NCBI GenBank assembly: GCA_051941275.1
Contig: JAVEBF010000070.1
Coordinates: 1 to 34,658 of the forward strand
DNA from: Dirinaria sp. TL-2023a
Lineage: Eukaryota
DNA: 34,658 nt
Direction of reading: 5' to 3'
In this document: positions 21,790 to 33,139 of the stretch, piece by piece
How the letters are laid out: each line of letters begins with the position of its first letter
Position numbering within the stretch: the stretch's first letter is position 1
Made by a program: the position numbers and the translations under genes
The notes under the pieces: generated by a model
Databases searched by the model: none
Told to the model about the DNA's origin: nothing
The model's input: only the letters and a program-made list of their open reading frames with translations

Positions 21790-24700
21790 ATGTCCGAAGT
21801 CAAATCGAGGCCCTCGGGGCCCCGTGGTCGAGGATCTGGAAGAGGAGGCCGTGGAGGTTACAGCTCAAGAGGTGGGCGAAGCACGAATCGTGCGATGAAT
21901 GGGGACAAATCCGACGTCATCGAAGCTTCATCCGTCGAGGACGAGGGCGAGATGGGAGAGCTTAAGAGCATGTATGCCTCCAAGTTGAGCACCATCAAAG
22001 AGATGTTCCCTACCTGGACCAATGAGGATATTGTGTTCGCTTTGCAGGAGACGGATGGTGATCTCGAAAGCACCATTGAGAGGATTTCCGAAGGTATGCG
22101 ACCCTCTTTAAATACTCAACCTCCAACACAGGCCCTGATGCTGATGACTTGACCCTAGGCAACATCGCGCAGTGGGGGGAAGTTAAGAAGAAGAACAAGG
22201 ACCGCTCCCAATCGAAGGCGAAAGAGCCAACGGCGCCACCGACAGATACTTCGGCGCCGCCAACGCGAGGTGGACGTGGCAGAGGCGGTCAAGAAGGCAC
22301 ACGTGGAGGCCGCGGTCGCGGTTCAGATCGGGGCAGAGGAACATCTCGCGGTGGCAGAGCTGGGCATACGGCCAACGGTGCTCGCAGCCGCGTAGAAAAG
22401 CCTCCGGCTGAGTCGGTACCTGCTGCTACTGCTTCGTGGGATGAAACTCCCAAGGTAGATGGGGCTGTCGGCGATTGGGACCAACCAGCCGAGAACACAC
22501 CGTTAGACTCATCATGGGAGCATGTGACCGCTGCCGAAGCTACGCCTGCTCTGGAGCCATCGAAGCCCAGCCTGAAACCCGATGGTACACGTAGCTGGGC
22601 TAGTATTTTCAACAAGCCTGCCCCCGCCCCAGTTCCAAAGAAGGTTCCTCAAACACATGTCTCCGAGTCTACGGATGAGCCATCTGCTCCAGAACAGCCG
22701 GCGACAGACGTAGAGGATATGCCTGGATTGCCACCCCCGGTTCCGATGGAAGTGGGTGGTACTGAACGATTGGAAACCCCACCTACGTCCGCTGTCGTAC
22801 CTTCAGAACCCGCGCTTGAGATAACTCCATCCAAAGACCAATTGACCGAAAACAATTTGGAGCAAATACCCGATGTATCAGACCCAGCCCCTGTGGCTAC
22901 GGCGGCGAGCACGGCGGCGAGCACAGTCGATCAACGAGTTGCAGCTGGTAGCAGTACGCCTCTGCATGCGTCTCAGCAGTCTGCAGATGTCCGTCCTCCT
23001 ATGGGTGGATATGCAACCAGCGCCTACAAGGCTACTGGTATGCCCGGTCGATCTGCTAGTTTTCAGAGAAAGGTTATGGAACAGCAAGAGGCTGTTGTCA
23101 TGCCAGGAAAGCATGCCGTTGATAGAGCTGCTGTACAGTTTGGGAGCATGGGACTGAATGGGACTCTGGAGGATCTCGACATCGACAGCGATCGAGAAGA
23201 GGCAGAGACGCGTGCTCAGCCACCACAGCATTCTCCTATTGCACCTCGCGCCTCTCTTCCACCCGCATCGCAAGCTCAGACCTTGACGAGCCAGCCTTCG
23301 ACCTCGGAAGCGCTGCCAACTCCAAGACAAGCTCCTGGATTGCCGCCCGCGAACCCACAACTATCATCTCAGATAACGTCATTGCCCAACCAGGCTCCCC
23401 AGCCAGCGAGCCAGTCCGGCTATCCCTATGATCAATACGAGAGTCGGTATGGTCTACAGGATAGCGGACAAGAGACCCAAGCCCCTGTACAGAAGGGATA
23501 CGAACCATTCGGTCAGCAAGCCCAGCAATCGCAGACGTATTCCGGGTACCCTTCGACTTCACAAGCGCAAGCACCAACGCAGCAGGCCCCCTCACAGACA
23601 GGGGCATATTCGGCAGCCTCAGGCGAGATGGCTTCATACTATACATCACAAAACCAGCGGAATGCATACCAAAATTACTACGGTAGCTACGGTCAGCAAC
23701 CACAACAAAACCAGCAAGACCCCAGTGGATCCCAGGCCAGAGCAGGAAGCGCCTTCGGTACATCTGCAGGCGAATCAGGCCCACAGTATGCGACCAGTAA
23801 TGCCCAACAATCACAGCCGCGCTTCGGCCAAGCTACTGAAGCTCAGACCAGCGGCCACTCAACTCCGAACCCAGCAGTTCCTAGCCAGCAACATCAGCAC
23901 CAGCCTGGCCAGATCCATCACCAGAGCCAGGGACAACCAGGCCAGCATGGCACATACCCCTATGGTAATCCTTACTATGCCAGCCCATACTACTCATCGT
24001 ACGTGAACCAACAAGTCAACAACCACCCATACGGTCCAGAGCGTCCTATGTTCGATGATGTCCGACGCTATGATGACCAATTCCTCTCACACAATGCTCA
24101 GTTTGGATATGGTGGGAGCCAAGGTGGCTATGGGCGAGGCCCTTTTGGAGGCGGAGGCGGAAAACAAGGAATGTATGGGCAGCCTCATCAAGGCTACGGT
24201 ATGAATCCGCAAACGGGGTATGACCACCACTCCTCATCACCTGCCAATGTAGGAGGCTTTGGACAGCATTCTGCACCAAATCGTGATGGTCCCGCTGGCA
24301 GTGGCCTTGGCAGCTATGGCCGTACCGGGTCTACGCAGCCTTCGGACAGCCAGCAGCAATACAGTGGTGGAAGCTCCTATGGTAGCGTGCCAGATGTATT
24401 CTCTCGCTCTCAGTCTGGGTATCCTGGTCAGAGCCAGAACCTCACCCCACAAGCGAGTCAACAGGGCAGCAATGACGATGCTCTGCGCGGTTATGGCGAG
24501 TCGAAAGCAACTAATGGTCCCAGCCCAGCATTAGGTCAGCCTGGTGGGCGTCCTGGCTCGGCAGTGAACACCATGCAGAATCAGTCTGGTTTGCCGCCGT
24601 CCCAAGGGCAAGGCCAGGCCCAGCAGGGATTTGGCGGGTACCCCGGCCATCAGATGCATGGCCAGGGTTCACAGTACGCTGCCTCACCTGGTTTAGCGGG

Positions 24701-24824
24701 CCATCATCAGTCCGCTGGACAGAGCCATCAAGGTAGCGGATATGGTGGGTACGGCGCCGGTTTCGGGGGCAGTTATTATGGGGGCAATAATCGTGGTGGG
24801 TGGGGAGGTAATTACGCCCACTAA
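21790..24824 (+). CDS. def1: RNA polymerase II degradation factor Def1 (CUE domain; RGG and Q/G/Y-rich), ~989 aa
   Basis: Exon 1 is 21790-22093, the intron is 22094-22158 (GTATGC...CTGATGAC...TAG) and exon 2 is 22159-24824, in frame. It has the CUE motif KLSTIKEMFPTWTNEDIVFALQETDGDLESTIERISEG-NIAQWGEVKKK, RGG boxes, the conserved EQQEAVVMPGKHAVDRAAVQFGSMGL block and a low-complexity tail. Confidence 0.93.
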
Positions 24825-25122
24825 GGCCTTTCATCATATTGGCGGATCTGCTGAGATCTAGGAAGCCGATAGTTGGTAATGTAAGATAGGGGGGTGACTC
24901 ATTGTTGTTCCACGGTTCTGATCTCCTCGGCTTCTTACAGACTCAGAGAAAGGCCTCAACAGAATGGTTTGCCACACAGCAAAAAATCTATGGAGTAGGT
25001 GAGCAATGCAAGACAGCATTGATTCTGACCGGTTTGAGGTATCACTCTAGGAGAGAAAGTAATGAAAATCTCTGCTGCAAGTCCGCAGAATATTTCAGCA
25101 CACCAAACATGCAAATTCATCC

Positions 25123-25203
25123 AATCCCCTTATTTTGTTGAGCAATCTCTTTTTCCGTTGAGCAATCCCTTATATTATTGAGAAATCCCTTATTTGGTTG
25201 AGC
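25123..25203. repeat. 20-bp minisatellite, 4 copies (AATCCCTTATTTTGTTGAGC consensus)
   Basis: Units start at 25123, 25144, 25164 and 25184. Confidence 0.9.
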
Positions 25204-25520
25204 AAATGGCTGCCGGTCGACGAATCATGCGTCAAGAATGATTATAAAATTCACTCAACAAATTCGATTTTTCCTACCCACTCTTCGGACCGCTCAACTA
25301 TATAAAAATGTCTTCACCCTCAATGCGTGAACTCCAAAAACAATTCTTAGACAGACTTCCATTTCCCTGATCACCCTTCGCTCCAATAAACTATAGATTC
25401 TCCTCACCTTCGAAACGTGAAATCCTTCTCTTTACTACTCTCTACAGACTTATCGTTCCAAGAAGCCATCAAATACTGACAACGAAGAAGAACCCGCATT
25501 TGATCAACTCGAAATCCACA

Positions 25521-26258
25521 ATGCATTTTCTAACTCTCGCCTCCCTCGCACTCCTCGCTCCTCTGTCCATTGCCGCCCCCCGCATCCCCGCCGCAATTTC
25601 CCATGCCATCCCTGCGGCCACTCAGAGCTTGGACGACAATTCCGAGAGAGTCGCCAAAAACCTGGAGCCTACAAAGACTCCCGTTCCCAAGGTCGTCCAA
25701 GTCGATCTCGGCTCCTTCCACCCGACCTTACCCCGCCCTATCGGCTCTGGGGCCAAAAAGGTGAATTGTTCGCTAGTTGCAGATGCGGACTACAGAAAAA
25801 AGCACTGCAAACGCGAAGAAAGCGAGACCAAGGTGACGCCCGATGGCGCCTATCCTGGAATGGCCTCCTTCTCCCCCCACCTTAGACTGCCCCGCGCTGT
25901 CGACTCTGGAGCCGAACAACACCATGAGCCGCCTACAGCAGCTACGGAAGGCAGTAGTGACAAGGAAGGCGGACAAGAAGGAGAAATGGAGGCCACTCCT
26001 GATGACGGCTCCTCCCGCCCTGGAATAGGCTCCTTCCACCCTTCTCTGCCCCGCCCGATCGGTTCGGGAGCGAAACGCCGTGAGCCTTCTTCGCTGATTG
26101 CAGAAGATGGAGGTCGGGACCGGTATTTCAAGCGGCCTTCCCGGCCGTTTGTGCCTCACCACCAGAAGAGCGATCCAGAGGCGAAAATGGAAGGTAAGCC
26201 GATGACGCCTTTGGAGAAAGCCCTGGTCCGGGTGGCGAAAGATAGGGACACCGGATAG
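25521..26258 (+). CDS. Secreted repeat-containing protein, KEX2-processed repeat protein (KEP)-like precursor, ~245 aa
   Basis: Signal peptide MHFLTLASLALLAPLSIAAP, a TATA-like box (TATATAAA) at ~25299, three related repeats (GSFHPTLPRPIGSGAKK, ASFSPHLRLPRAVDSGAE, GSFHPSLPRPIGSGAKRR) and several KR/KK/RR sites. Confidence 0.8.
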   Translation: MHFLTLASLALLAPLSIAAPRIPAAISHAIPAATQSLDDNSERVAKNLEPTKTPVPKVVQVDLGSFHPTLPRPIGSGAKKVNCSLVADADYRKKHCKREESETKVTPDGAYPGMASFSPHLRLPRAVDSGAEQHHEPPTAATEGSSDKEGGQEGEMEATPDDGSSRPGIGSFHPSLPRPIGSGAKRREPSSLIAEDGGRDRYFKRPSRPFVPHHQKSDPEAKMEGKPMTPLEKALVRVAKDRDTG

Positions 26259-27674
26259 GCTTGTTGTTGGCAAGAGGTTGTTGGTCTTCGGAAAGAGGTT
26301 CGACGCCCGAGCCTCTCATGAAGAAGTATCGTACGACTAACTTCTTTCCGGCGAAGAAATGGCGCTGAAAGCTGAGCGCGAGCTGGCGTCCATGACGCAG
26401 CAATAGTGATGCAAGCGCCATATCGCCGGCTCGAACTCGGGATCGATTGGTCCACTCCAGAAGCCGTGGGAGATAGGAAGGGGAACAGCGCTATTATGGT
26501 GTAGTGCATCTGTGTGTTTTTGGTAGGTTGGATGCTGCTGCGCAAGATGTAAATAGTCAAGGTATACGGGACAGAGAATCGATTGTTGGACTCTGGGGTC
26601 ACCGCCACAAGTGAAGTATGTAAAACAGAACTTGAGTTAGTTGAATCTTTTGAGTCGGTAATTTCAGACGAGCGCCCCATCTCTTGATTCTTATGTCTGA
26701 GGCACTCTAGAGTGTGCACGAAGGATAGACGCCTTCCAAAAGCGGGGAATCTACCGAAAGGCGGCGATTTTGTTGAGAAGGTACGCTTTTAATGATCTCT
26801 CTAGTTCTGTAAAGGGCTGAGCTTATAGTGAGGTTTGATTATCTGATGGATATTTTAGGTCTTGAACAGATTATGGGCATGGGGTACCGAATTTCTGAGG
26901 TTTTGGATCCTTATCAAAGCACGGTAGAAGCAGTATCATCAGCCAGTCCAAAACCCCCTATATCTAGGTGAATAAACTCAAAATGGGCGCCACCAGCATG
27001 GGCGGCATTCGAGATACTTCGAGTGTGGCTTCTTCTTCTCTTCAACGTTCGATCTTATACGTCTACAGCTGTGGTGCACCAGTAATCGCCCAGAGCAGCA
27101 CTCATTTAGCTTAATCCACTGCACACAGTCCCACGTCTTTACATGATTCGTTTAATTGGGCCACAGCGGCGTTGGGTTATATTCGTGTGAGCATAAATAG
27201 GTTTAACCTGGGAACAGCGCTAACCATCAATAGTAGCAGCAAACCTTTTTTTGGTATCCTGCCGCCCAATGGAGCCTCTTGCATACTGTTCACAACCAAA
27301 CAAAATGGACTCTATGTTCTTTGACTACATGTAGTCACAGACAATGACTATCCGCAGTGAAGCTCCATCATAGGTGGACTCAGCTAATCAGACAAGACCT
27401 TACAGCGCGAAGGAGACGGCGCCGAGACGAGTAACAGACGCACCGTTTGCGAGACCGTTCCCGAGAGTCTGGTACTCGGCCGTTTCGATGATCTCCTACT
27501 CCTAAAGCCGAGCTTTGAGAATGGTGGGCTGTGTCAACTTAAAAGCAGCCCCATTACCACTGCTTGTCACCCTTACTTCCCACTCTACGGCGTCCACTAG
27601 ACCATGTCATGATATCTATAGGAAATTTGATGTGGAACGGCTTTTATCAAGCAATGTCTGCGATTTAATAACTT

Positions 27675-29213
27675 TCAATTGTCGCTACAACTACTCTCAG
27701 CCTTTAGACCCCTTGCAGCGCGGACCATGCGAGCAAATTGCAGTCCACCTTCGCTTTTGAGGAGAAAATACTGTTCGAGAACTCGCCAGACTTCAGGCTT
27801 TTCTAACTGAATACCCAATAACACAGCTGACTGCACGACACGTCCCAGGAACCAATCCCTTTCCGCGGTGTATTCGGCAGTCATTGCACCCAGGCACTCT
27901 ATCCAAAATATCAACTTGGCTTCTGGCTCGGCCTGGAGCTCTTCATCGTCTAGTTGTGCAAGTGTCGCTTTCAGGCGTGGCAACTGCTCTTTCGCCCTCC
28001 GTGCTGCGCCAAAGTACGCGGTAACCTTCAATAACCAAACAAGAAGAGCGATACGGCAACATTCTTGTATACTGCCGCTCTTGGCAGGCATCATCAGCAG
28101 GCGAGACACGAATGCTTGATGACGGAGAAAAAGCCAATGTTCGCTGTTCGGGTCCAGAGTACGGCGACTGCTATCAAGGCAATGTGCTACTTGCACCGCC
28201 TCGACAATATCCGCGACTATGATTTTCAGTTCGAGGCAGAGTGTATCTTGCTGTAGCTGCAGGAATCCTGAGGCTAGCTTCGCAATGCCAAGGGTGCCAA
28301 AATCTACGTTGGCGGTGAGATCGATCCACTTGCTTTCAGAATATCTGCCTGGATCCCAATCAAAAGGGAGGACTGGAGGCGCAAATTTTCCAATCGCTAG
28401 GTACTTGTCTCCAAGTACAAGACTCTCCATCAGGTACGGGGTCAGATGTTTCCAACCCCCGACCTGGCAAACGAAGTGACGGATGATGCCCATGTGTGAC
28501 GTCGAGGCTGCGTAATTGCCAGCCCACATGTCCGAGACACTGAGGGAGTAGATCGATAAGATCAACCAGGAGTCCGGTTCGGGGTCTGGCATTGCTAGTC
28601 GCTCCTTCAGCACTTCAATGGCCTTCAAGGTGTAATATTCGGCCGGTCTATTCGGTATTGCTCGTTCGCCAACTGCCCACTGAAGGCAATTGGCACAATA
28701 AGCTAAGGTGCTGAACAAGGTCAGCTGATCCGCAACACACCGCTGGAGCCGATCATTGATCGCCTGTCGATGTCGGAAATTCTTGTAAGACACTGATTCA
28801 GGCTCGAGATCCATGGCTTCGGCGGGAAAGCTGATCCTAACAAAGCTGGAAAAAGGATATTGAAGCAAGCGATGCTCTCTCTTGTCAATTTTGACGGTTG
28901 CACAATTGAATGGATCCGGCTCGGTCACGGCTGGCTGGCGTGTGAGACTGGATTGCAGCGTCATAAACTCTACCTTCTGGATCTTTAATGTCCGGCCTCG
29001 CTCGGGGACATGGTCTTCTGCCGCCTTCAATGGTTGGGTACCGGGACTCTTCGGCAGAGTGTGGGATCGCTTCCTGGAGTTTTTGGCTTTGTGGTGTTTA
29101 CTGTGCACATGACTGTGGATGTTGAATCTTTCTTCTGGCCTGCTATGGGACAAAGACTTCGACTTGGCAGTTTTGTTCACGAATAGAAATTGATCTGGCA
29201 AGAGGTTCTCCAT
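27675..29213 (-). CDS. Fungal-specific transcription-factor-domain-like protein lacking a Zn2Cys6 cluster, ~512 aa
   Basis: Long intact ORF with an N-terminal FLFVNKT...SLS...IHSHV basic motif, DPF, and helical blocks (HMGIIRHFVCQVGGWKHL, CRIALL, LIFWIECLGAM) typical of this widespread Pezizomycotina family. Confidence 0.7.
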   Translation of the reverse strand: MENLLPDQFLFVNKTAKSKSLSHSRPEERFNIHSHVHSKHHKAKNSRKRSHTLPKSPGTQPLKAAEDHVPERGRTLKIQKVEFMTLQSSLTRQPAVTEPDPFNCATVKIDKREHRLLQYPFSSFVRISFPAEAMDLEPESVSYKNFRHRQAINDRLQRCVADQLTLFSTLAYCANCLQWAVGERAIPNRPAEYYTLKAIEVLKERLAMPDPEPDSWLILSIYSLSVSDMWAGNYAASTSHMGIIRHFVCQVGGWKHLTPYLMESLVLGDKYLAIGKFAPPVLPFDWDPGRYSESKWIDLTANVDFGTLGIAKLASGFLQLQQDTLCLELKIIVADIVEAVQVAHCLDSSRRTLDPNSEHWLFLRHQAFVSRLLMMPAKSGSIQECCRIALLVWLLKVTAYFGAARRAKEQLPRLKATLAQLDDEELQAEPEAKLIFWIECLGAMTAEYTAERDWFLGRVVQSAVLLGIQLEKPEVWRVLEQYFLLKSEGGLQFARMVRAARGLKAESSCSDN

Positions 29214-30873
29214 GCTGAGCACGAAGACAATACATGCTGGCACAACCCCATTCAAGGTCTATTTGTATCGCAACCTTGGGCATCAAGAACAGATTTCGAC
29301 AGACTTCGACAGCTCTCGAAAACCGGAGGCTGCCATCGGCAAGTGATCGCCGTGCTTGGTTGAACAGCATCAACTGACTCGAAACAGTTTCACGCCGCCA
29401 TTGGCTCGAGGCTTAGAGCTTAGGAAGATGATCAAGACTGTGGCATGTCAAGCTGGCCAGAGTCAATACTCAATAGCTCAACCTTAGCGCCATGCTAGAC
29501 CAAACACCTTATCTCTACTGCCATCTCGACCATCCCCCATCGAGTTCTCCTACTACCTGAAACGGTTAGCTGCTGACGGGCTGCCAGAGTCGGGCCGAGG
29601 GCCGAGGCTACCCGAGACAACCGCTCTTAGTCTCTGACAGATCTTTAGGCTGTTCGGTGCAAAACATCCCCCATTCTTCATTTGCCGCAACCTTATTCCG
29701 TCCTCTCGATCATTATTCATCAGGGGAACGTCTGGGGAAATGCAGCCACTCTCGTCCTGGCGATACAGTGACAATGTTTACGTCTTCACCGCTCTTGCTG
29801 ACGAATCTGTCTACATTATGCCAACACGAGTCATGTACGAAGGTCCTTTCTGTGCGGCAAAAACGGCCTCTTAGCGTTCACGAACTTGGGCTTTCAAGCC
29901 TGCCAAGCACAGAGCGTAATCCATTCATGTCATTGGAGTTGCGCTGAATGTACAGTAAGCGCATACTTATGACTGGCAGCAGTTAGGACCTTGCGTAGGT
30001 CTCCTTTTTTCGTTCTTTCTCTTTTTTTTTTTAGCCTTCTCCTCTACAATCATGTACAGCAAACTTCTACTATTTTCGACACTAGCCCCACAGTCCAAAC
30101 AAGTGTCCGTGGCTACCGGGACTTTAACTTTTGGCCCCGTCTTCAAGCTAAGACAGAAGCTATTTCTCTACAAGACATAGCCTCCTTATGTGAACACTTC
30201 GAACCTTGCAAACCTAAACAACATGGCTCAAAGAAGTAAAGTCTCATCCCGAGAGAATGGCACTGGTGTTTTGTATGTCGATCAAAAAATTAGACACTCA
30301 TGCTGAACCTAAACCGGAAATGTTATTTTGAGAACCAGATCAAACATTGCTAGCTTATATGCTGGAATTAGTTTAAGCATTACACACGTGTGGCAGTCAT
30401 GTTGCGGGCTATCTTCCTGATGTGGTGAGGTGATCTACATAAGGCTCATGTTGGCCATCGGGCGCAGCGGTAATATCTGAATGATCAGAAGTTGTTTCGT
30501 GCAATGTTCGATCCAATGAGGCTTAACCGTCCTCCATCTCGATAAAGATAGAAAAAGTTCAAAGGCGGTGGCAGCGCTTGTACAGAGCCTAAGACAATGC
30601 TCGACATGTTTGACAGTTGGGAGGCACATCCAGAACTGAGACTGCGATTCTAGGTGTTGTCGACGAACCTGATGCCCTTTGGGGGTTTCCAGGGGCCGTG
30701 AAATCACACATGTTGAAGCCAGCTTAGCTCGTAAGTCCCATCTGTCCATGTCTTCATTGCCGTGACGTACGTGGAACACTACTCCAGACCATCGGGTCGC
30801 CTGATTCAAAAAGTGAAACACGGGGCCTTGTGAGGGGTTTTCACTATCATAGAACTCAAGATTATATACGTGC

Positions 30874-31806
30874 TCAATCGTTCTGCAAACGCAACGCGCT
30901 CGCTCCCCAATACTCGCTTTCTTGTCTGGCAAGCCGGTAATGCATCGTTGCAGCTTCAGTCTCGTCCGGATCACCTTTCAAGTTCCAGCTGACCCTGACT
31001 TCGAACAGCCTTTTCGGGCCAATCTGCGCCAGCGGCAACAGTAGGTTTTGCTCACACTGCGGGCTCATTTCGTTCGCTGGAGACATAGCGAGCCAGAGTC
31101 GTATATTCTTGAGCTCTTTCATGCCAGCAATGATCCGCCAACACGCTTTCCACAGTAAATCGTCCCCTCTCAGGATCGGGCTCTCAGAATCAGACCCTCT
31201 GGTGCAAAAGAAGGACCAGGTCAGTTGCAAATAAGCAATTGAATCCAAGCGCTGTGGTAACAGGATTGTAGAGAGCGAAATCAAGCTCTCGGGCCGGTTG
31301 ACGTCGAACGTGTTCCGGGAATACAGGATCTCGATACCTTCGGTGTAGATCTGGCGACATGTTCGAAGCAGGTCCAGTAAACCCCCACCGAAGCCTTCAG
31401 TCTCCAGCGCTTTTACCGATCGGCCATCCACAGTAGAGATGCCCCAGCAGCTCGAGTTGTCGCTGCTGCGTCTGCCATGCCTCGTACATTCAACATGCCG
31501 CAATCGTTTCCGTAAGCGGATAACATGGAATGTCCGGCCAGCTAGCACAAATTCATAAATGACGCGCCGGACGTCGTAGGGCAAGACGCGAAGAAAGGCG
31601 CAATGGGCCTGATCAGACGTCCACTGCCCAGTCTTCGAATTTGGATTTGATCGAGCAAGTGGCAATGTCAATGCACGCTTTCGCTTCGACGGTAAGGGCT
31701 TTGGCGCGTACGGCTGGCGGATACTTGGTCGCTGCTCATCTGACTTTGAAGCATCTTGACCAAGGCTCCCGCTGCGCAGGGGCAGCTTGCGCAATAGATT
31801 CGACAT
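30874..31806 (-). CDS. Conserved fungal protein with an F-box-like/DUF7730-type domain, 310 aa
   Basis: QAHCAFLRVLPYDVRRVIYEFVL and LLRTCRQIYTEGIEILYSRNTF motifs; intact ORF. Confidence 0.75.
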   Translation of the reverse strand: MSNLLRKLPLRSGSLGQDASKSDEQRPSIRQPYAPKPLPSKRKRALTLPLARSNPNSKTGQWTSDQAHCAFLRVLPYDVRRVIYEFVLAGRTFHVIRLRKRLRHVECTRHGRRSSDNSSCWGISTVDGRSVKALETEGFGGGLLDLLRTCRQIYTEGIEILYSRNTFDVNRPESLISLSTILLPQRLDSIAYLQLTWSFFCTRGSDSESPILRGDDLLWKACWRIIAGMKELKNIRLWLAMSPANEMSPQCEQNLLLPLAQIGPKRLFEVRVSWNLKGDPDETEAATMHYRLARQESEYWGASALRLQND

Positions 31807-32602
31807 GACCGCAGTGGATCTCTATGGGTTGTGACGGGCATCCAACGGTGGCGAATCGGCACGGGGAGTGATACTGTGAGGCTTTCATGCATCGTTATGT
31901 GTATTCGCATTCGAAGCATCTACGCTGTTGGCATCCGCCTTTCAAAGCTCTGCTACTCCATTTGCCTTCAGATCATCAGCATTGGAATGATGGCCCTCAA
32001 GACGTGTCAATGATTGAGACAAAGCGAGGTGTGCTGTACATTTAGGGCCTACTGAGGGTTCGATGGCGAGAGATTTCGCTCCGGCGCTCAAAAAGTCTTG
32101 GCCTGGGGCAGCTAAGGTGAGCTTAGTCATCAAGGTCACGATCACTGAAACTTTTAGATCTTGGATTTTTGTCTTCTATCAGATGTCTCACTCTTCTTTC
32201 TTCTGGTTGTGAGTCAATACTTTGAATAACTGCTACAGCGATTCTCAATGCCGACAGAACAGATCACATTACAGATCGAGCTGCAAAGCTGACAGGACAA
32301 TCAAACTAAGTTTCGTGGAAGAAGGTTGCCGAAATTCCCTTCGTTAAATCGATGGCTTCCGCACACAACAGTCAAAATAATCCTCAGGAAAGATTGGAGA
32401 CGGAATGATGGCTCCTGGCTAATCGCTTTGAGCTTCTTCCTCATCTTTGTCGCCTTTACCGGCGGTCGCGGAAGTTCTAGACACGGATGTGGTGTTGCCG
32501 GGTAGCGAAAACCCTCCTAGGGACCCGTACCTTGTACTTCGGTTTCGGTTTTTCTCTACATGTTTTAACGTCTGAGACAAGTCTCAAGATAAGAGATCTG
32601 AG

Positions 32603-32620
32603 ATCCCATCCGGATGGGAT
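32603..32620. promoter_or_regulatory. Perfect 18-bp palindrome in a divergent promoter region
   Basis: ATCCCATCCGGATGGGAT. An adjacent inverted repeat TGAGAC-AA-GTCTCA lies at ~32573-32586. Confidence 0.4.
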
Positions 32621-33139
32621 TTCGGGATGCGGATTTAAAGATGGAGCTGCTATTATGAGAATGCATGTTCTGCCAAATCCAGCAAGGCACTAAGCTCATC
32701 ATCCATTCCTTCTTGCCCACATCGTTGATCTCCCCTGAACGGGATGATGAAGAAGAAGAGAAAAGAGGGTGGGTCTACGACTTATGTAAGCGATCCAGAA
32801 TTGCATCGTTCCATGTTCTGCATTAGCTCGTCTCTTAGACACGCCCTACCTTGCCGATCAGGATGATGACAGCAGTGAGCACTACCTTACGGGTCACGAC
32901 CCAACGCTACAGTGCAGGATCGCACCACTAGAGAAACCTGCTCCTCGTCTATTTTCGTTTCACTCTGTCTGTCATCTGGTGGCTACTATATTGGGAAAGA
33001 TACACTGTAAAGAAACTCGCTGGTGAGAGTAGCAGGATTGGATCGTAATCTCTGAGCACTGTTGTGTAAAGGCACGCGAAAAACTCGCCCGCACCCGAGG
33101 GAAGATTAATTGATAGATTTCCACATCAAGTCTACCATT

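Noticed and set aside
22289..24837. Multiple alternative-frame and antisense ORFs over def1
   Set aside because: Expected shadows of a GC-rich, low-complexity CDS.
30435..30974. 179-aa minus-strand ORF
   Set aside because: It has a non-ATG start, overlaps the end of the DUF7730-like gene and shows no motif; probably 3' UTR.
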